From Bacteroidia bacterium (lineage in GTDB: Bacteria; Bacteroidota; Bacteroidia; NS11-12g; UBA9320), in contig JAFMCI010000003.1 of assembly GCA_017857855.1 (NCBI GenBank), forward strand, positions 795 through 64,794: DNA of 64,000 nt. Reading direction: 5' to 3'. The notes under the pieces were generated by a model. That model did no database searches, was not told the origin of the DNA, and saw only the letters and a program-made list of their open reading frames with translations. Positions 59,944 to 64,000 of this stretch are shown piece by piece. Within the stretch, counting starts at the first letter, position 1, and each line of letters starts with the position of its first letter. Position numbers and translations under genes: made by a program.

Positions 59944-61065
59944 TCACTTAGACATCATCGCCACAAAATCATCAAATAGGTATCGACTATCATGCGGTCC
60001 AGGACTGGCCTCTGGATGATATTGAACAGCAAAGGCATTTTTATCTTTTATACGAATGCCCTCCACGGTATTATCATTAAGATTAATATGTGTAATTTCC
60101 GCTTTACCTGTGTTACTCTCAGGATCTATAGCAAAACCATGATTTTGTGATGTCATCTCACTCTTACCGGTAAGTAAATTTTGAACAGGATGATTTTGAC
60201 CTCTATGACCACTGTGTAATTTAAATGTTTTCATACCCACCGCTTGCGCCAATATTTGACTACCTAAACAAATGCCAAACATTTTTTCGTTGGCGTCCAA
60301 GATATCTTTAAGGGTATTTACCGCATACGGCATTGCCGAAGGATCACCAGGACCATTACTTATCATATATCCATCAGGATTCCAAGCTTTCATAACTGCA
60401 TAGCTTGTATCTCCTGGAAATACTTTTACGTGACATCCTCTTTCTACAAGGCAGTCAATAATATTTTTCTTAGAACCTAAATCTAGTAATGCTACTTTAT
60501 TAGCACCACCTTCATTTACCTCGTATGACTCCTTACTCCACACTTTAGAACTTAATTCCAGACCTTCCATACTAGGCACCTCTTTTACCATTCTAGTAAG
60601 TACTTCAACATCTAATATCTCTGAACTTATAATGGCATTCATTGCTCCAGCATCTCGAATATGCTTTACAATCTGACGTGTATCAACATCACTTATACCC
60701 GTAAAACCATGCTCGATAAAATAGTCATTCAAACTGCTATTGGCCATAGTTCGGCTATGCATTGGCGAGTAGTTTTTGCAAACTAACCCTGCTATCTTGA
60801 TAGATCCTGATTCTGCGTCCTCGTTGCGCACACCATAATTACCGATATGATCCATGGTCATAATCAATATTTGACCAAAGTATGATGGATCGGTAAACAC
60901 CTCTTGGTATCCCGTCATCCCTGTATTAAAGGCGATTTCTCCTGAGGTCGTTCCTATTTTACCTATGGCTTTACCTTCGAAAAAAGTACCGTCTTCCAGC
61001 ACTAAATAAGCTTTTTGTAGATTAATTACTGACACTATTCTTAGATTTGGGCAAAAGTAACCCAC
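59944..61065 (-). CDS. carA: carbamoyl-phosphate synthase, small (glutamine amidotransferase) subunit
   Basis: 'MTGYQEVFTDPSY', catalytic 'FGICLGSQ', 'HRGQNHPV', 'VQYHPEASPGPHD'. GTG start at 61065 or 61035. Confidence 0.93.
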   Translation of the reverse strand: MGYFCPNLRIVSVINLQKAYLVLEDGTFFEGKAIGKIGTTSGEIAFNTGMTGYQEVFTDPSYFGQILIMTMDHIGNYGVRNEDAESGSIKIAGLVCKNYSPMHSRTMANSSLNDYFIEHGFTGISDVDTRQIVKHIRDAGAMNAIISSEILDVEVLTRMVKEVPSMEGLELSSKVWSKESYEVNEGGANKVALLDLGSKKNIIDCLVERGCHVKVFPGDTSYAVMKAWNPDGYMISNGPGDPSAMPYAVNTLKDILDANEKMFGICLGSQILAQAVGMKTFKLHSGHRGQNHPVQNLLTGKSEMTSQNHGFAIDPESNTGKAEITHINLNDNTVEGIRIKDKNAFAVQYHPEASPGPHDSRYLFDDFVAMMSK

Positions 61066-61564
61066 TTGACAAAGAGTTAATTACAATGCTTCGATAAGTT
61101 ATCAAAAGTTAATCAACGAGCTTAAAAAATGATTTAAGAAAAAAACATACGGTTATTTTTTTATCATCCAAAGGATTTAGCATTAAAGAGAGATGAAAAG
61201 GTGGCCTCAGTGATCATCGTAAAACAACCCTAAAATGTCAACAAGTAAAAGCTAAAAATCCTTGCCTATAAAACCACCTCTCAAATATCATGTACGAAAC
61301 GAAAAGACCGCCCTTGACTATCTCCCGTTTTATAATTAACTCAACAAGAAGAAACTGAAACTTCTCAATTTGAAGAGAACATGAGTCCCTAAAGTTTCTT
61401 ATTCAAGCGCAATTAATTAAAATAAAATTGATAATTTTTATTAATGATTTTCATGTAAAGCATTAACCTTACTTATGAAAAGTCTATTAAGCGTAAAAAA
61501 TTGCGGATTCAACCACCTTATGAGTACTCTCTTTTTTGATTAAAAGAAAGGGGAGTAACCTGAG

Positions 61565-63307
61565 CTATTTATGAAGCCAAGAAGTGTACAAGCTAGTCTT
61601 ATCGACCAACTCTAATTTCATAGCCACTTTAGGATTCTTGGTATACACTATGCGTGCACTATATATTTTACCATCTCGGGAGTATATAATCTCAGCTACA
61701 TCGCCTACTTCGTATTTACTATCGTATGACTCAAATGTTTCATTCACTCTCCACCCATTTATACTAATAATTTCATCGTTTACACTAAGTCCTGCCTCAA
61801 CGGCTGGACTATTAGCATATATATTATTAAGTGTTGTTTTGCCACCGCTATTTGAGCTTACAACTCCACTCCAACACATATTTTTATCTGTATTCTCATC
61901 CGTTAACTTTAACCCAAATGGACTAAACTTAGCGTTATAATCAATTGATTTGGTGCTAAAAACTACATCATCAAAGAAAGGTTGTAAATCTTTTTCAGCA
62001 ATCTTACTGCATAAACTGATAAACTCCTTGTGCGTAAACCCTCTGCCCTTTTTCTTGTAAAAGTCAATATACAATGCCTTCATTACATCATCCAAAGAAT
62101 GCTCAGAATTAGATCTGATTTCCAAATCCAACAATACTGCTGCGATCATCCCCTTGTTATAATAGCTTACACTTGTGTTCATGCTTTCCTCATTAGGCAG
62201 ATATGATTTTACCCATGCTAAGGTACTGCTATGCGCTAAACTCATCACTTCCTTGCCGGGAGTGTTTTCATAGCGACTAATTTGACTCGCAATGATCTTA
62301 AGATACTCTTCATCCTCATACAAACCCATTTTTTGTAGCGTTTTGTCATCGTAATAACTAGTGATACCCTCCGCAATCCAAAGCATATCCGTATACACTT
62401 CATGATTATAATCAAATGGGCCAAGCTCAATAGGTCTTACGCGTTTGACGTTCCACAAGTGAAAGTATTCGTGCGCTATCAATCCCAAGAAACCTTTATA
62501 CGCTGAAGGATTGTTATAATTCCATCTGTTCATCATACTGGTTTGACTGTTGAGATGTTCCAATCCTCCACCCCCACTGGCAACATTGTAAATAAAGTGC
62601 ACATATTGGGGACAAGGATGCTCACCCATCATGCTAACTTGTGTGTCGCTAATTTTTTTAAAATCTTCTTGAATTTTTAGTAAGTCATAATTGCCCTCTC
62701 CAATCATTACCACTTTGTGAGGCACTTTTGAACTCACATAAGATGTAGTATCAAAGTTACCCAATGCAATAGGTGAATCAGCAAGCAAATCATAGTTTTC
62801 TGCCGTAAACACATAGCCTTTTAACTTAGATTTGGGCAAAGAAACCTCTATGTTATTCCAACCTTGGTAAGGTTTTATCTCTAAATCTATTTGTTCTTTT
62901 TCAAATCCTTCGACGTATCCAAACGCTGAAGTTCCGTGTAAAAAAGCATAATTTTCATCGGCGTAACTTTGACGCACACTCACCACAAAACAATAAACGT
63001 CGTAGGTTAGACTCACTTTAGATTGACCTTTAGTAGCTATTCTCCAGGTATTTTTATCGCGACGCTCTACTGCAAGATTTCCCGCATTTATATTTTCAAA
63101 AGCATTACTAAATTCACGAATTTTATACGAACCTGGGGTCCACACGGGTACTTTAAAATCAACAAAATCTTTACCTTTAATCTCAAAGTCCAACTTAACT
63201 GTAACATAATGTGATTTAACCTTATTAAAACTTACGGTATAATAAATTGCCTTAGATGTTGTGGACATAAAAAAAATAATGATTATCAGATTAAGCTTTT
63301 TTAGCAT
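61565..63307 (-). CDS. secreted M61-family glycyl aminopeptidase with C-terminal PDZ domain
   Basis: 'HEYFHLWNVKR' (HExxH in M61 context) and PDZ-like 'AGLSVNDEIISING'. Signal peptide from the ATG at 63307. Confidence 0.8.
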   Translation of the reverse strand: MLKKLNLIIIIFFMSTTSKAIYYTVSFNKVKSHYVTVKLDFEIKGKDFVDFKVPVWTPGSYKIREFSNAFENINAGNLAVERRDKNTWRIATKGQSKVSLTYDVYCFVVSVRQSYADENYAFLHGTSAFGYVEGFEKEQIDLEIKPYQGWNNIEVSLPKSKLKGYVFTAENYDLLADSPIALGNFDTTSYVSSKVPHKVVMIGEGNYDLLKIQEDFKKISDTQVSMMGEHPCPQYVHFIYNVASGGGGLEHLNSQTSMMNRWNYNNPSAYKGFLGLIAHEYFHLWNVKRVRPIELGPFDYNHEVYTDMLWIAEGITSYYDDKTLQKMGLYEDEEYLKIIASQISRYENTPGKEVMSLAHSSTLAWVKSYLPNEESMNTSVSYYNKGMIAAVLLDLEIRSNSEHSLDDVMKALYIDFYKKKGRGFTHKEFISLCSKIAEKDLQPFFDDVVFSTKSIDYNAKFSPFGLKLTDENTDKNMCWSGVVSSNSGGKTTLNNIYANSPAVEAGLSVNDEIISINGWRVNETFESYDSKYEVGDVAEIIYSRDGKIYSARIVYTKNPKVAMKLELVDKTSLYTSWLHK

Positions 63308-63371
63308 GGGGCAAATATGCAAAAACAAATCAACCCATAAAATTCATCCTAATCACATTAGTTGTTTTTCT

Positions 63372-63379
63372 TAACTTTG
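63372..63379 (+). promoter_or_regulatory. candidate -7 promoter box (TAnnTTTG)
   Basis: 'taactttg' lies 45 nt upstream of the ATG at 63424. Confidence 0.25.
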
Positions 63380-63423
63380 AATGCTATAAAATTAAACCGA
63401 TAGACCTACTGCATCCACCCACA

Positions 63424-64000
63424 ATGAACGATTTACAATTCCCCATTAAACTAGTCTTCAATATTTCATCTTTTCATAACGATTTTAGTGCCTGTGATGC
63501 AAATGGTAGAACCGTCGCTTATGTAAAGCAGAAATTATTTAAACTAAAAGAAGACATTTCTGTCTTCACAGATGAATCACAAGCGACTTTAAATTACAGG
63601 ATTAAGGCAGATAGATGGATTGATTTTTCTGCTGCATATAGTATAACCAATCAAGAAGGGGCAGAACTAGGCAAAGTAGCTCGTAAAGGATGGCGATCCA
63701 TATGGAAAGCGGAGTACTTCTTAATAGACCAAAATGAGCGACCTCAATACAAGATACAAGAAGAAAATGGCTGGATTAAAGTATTAGATGGGTTATTATC
63801 TGAGATTCCAATTTTAGGACTACTGACGGGATATTTTTTTAACCCAAGTTACATAGTAACGAATAACGATTTACAACCCGTCGCAAGACTTAAAAAAGAA
63901 GCCTCATTTTGGGGACGAAAGTTTGAAATAACTAAATTAGCAGAAACGGTACATGAGGATGATGAGCGAATGTTACTTGGTCTTATGATGATGGTACTTT
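63424..64000 (+). CDS. hypothetical protein, 3' end beyond window (possibly LURP-one/scramblase-like fold)
   Basis: Hand translation from the ATG at 63424 gives 192 stop-free codons to the window edge (MNDLQFPIKLVFNISSFHNDF...). It is absent from the ORF track because no stop is reached. Confidence 0.55.
   Translation, partial: MNDLQFPIKLVFNISSFHNDFSACDANGRTVAYVKQKLFKLKEDISVFTDESQATLNYRIKADRWIDFSAAYSITNQEGAELGKVARKGWRSIWKAEYFLIDQNERPQYKIQEENGWIKVLDGLLSEIPILGLLTGYFFNPSYIVTNNDLQPVARLKKEASFWGRKFEITKLAETVHEDDERMLLGLMMMVL

Noticed and set aside
61171-61280. Crossing complementarities in the carA leader (aaggattt/aaatcctt and aaggtgg/ccacctc) and a GAGAGG element reminiscent of PyrR binding loops.
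   Set aside because: 7-8-bp matches are expected by chance in 500 nt of AT-rich DNA. The PyrR consensus is not otherwise matched and no terminator/antiterminator pair is evident.

Overview
This is a 64-kb, AT-rich, densely packed stretch of a Bacteroidota chromosome, probably Flavobacteriia-like. Supporting that placement: the porP-gldK-gldL-gldM-gldN type IX secretion (T9SS)/gliding core, a LamG-domain cargo protein with a T9SS C-terminal sorting domain, DUF1573, Lacal_2735-type and PorP/SprF-type families, TAnnTTTG promoter-like boxes, and several genes that need TTG/GTG starts (recF, priA, rfbC, cca, a TonB-dependent receptor, carA). I support about 58 protein-coding genes, mostly housekeeping: gpsA, cca, miaA, priA, rpe, recF, pdhA, ribH, trpS, truA, formiminotransferase-cyclodeaminase, gcvP, rfbC, a UvrD-family helicase, ftsK, lolA, eno, carA. 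I saw no rRNA or tRNA genes, CRISPR arrays, transposases, integrases or recognisable defence genes, so this looks like core genome rather than an island. The observations most worth follow-up are: (1) an orphan vWA + ChlI/MoxR-like AAA+ ATPase pair with deviant Walker motifs (40965-43657); (2) a stand-alone membrane protein built from two GldL-type 'MHWP' transmembrane hairpins (901-1395); (3) a PRiA4_ORF3-like protein with a poly-acidic tail, joined by overlaps to cca and miaA; (4) a YgaP-like rhodanese system split into DUF2892 / HMA / rhodanese genes; (5) a 49-nt hairpin plus a promoter-like box separating gldK from gldLMN; (6) the gldN terminator containing the only upstream ATG of the next gene; (7) a 59-codon lipoprotein ORF missing from the ORF track. 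All functional calls come from motif and family recognition by eye. No database search, alignment statistic or folding energy was computed.
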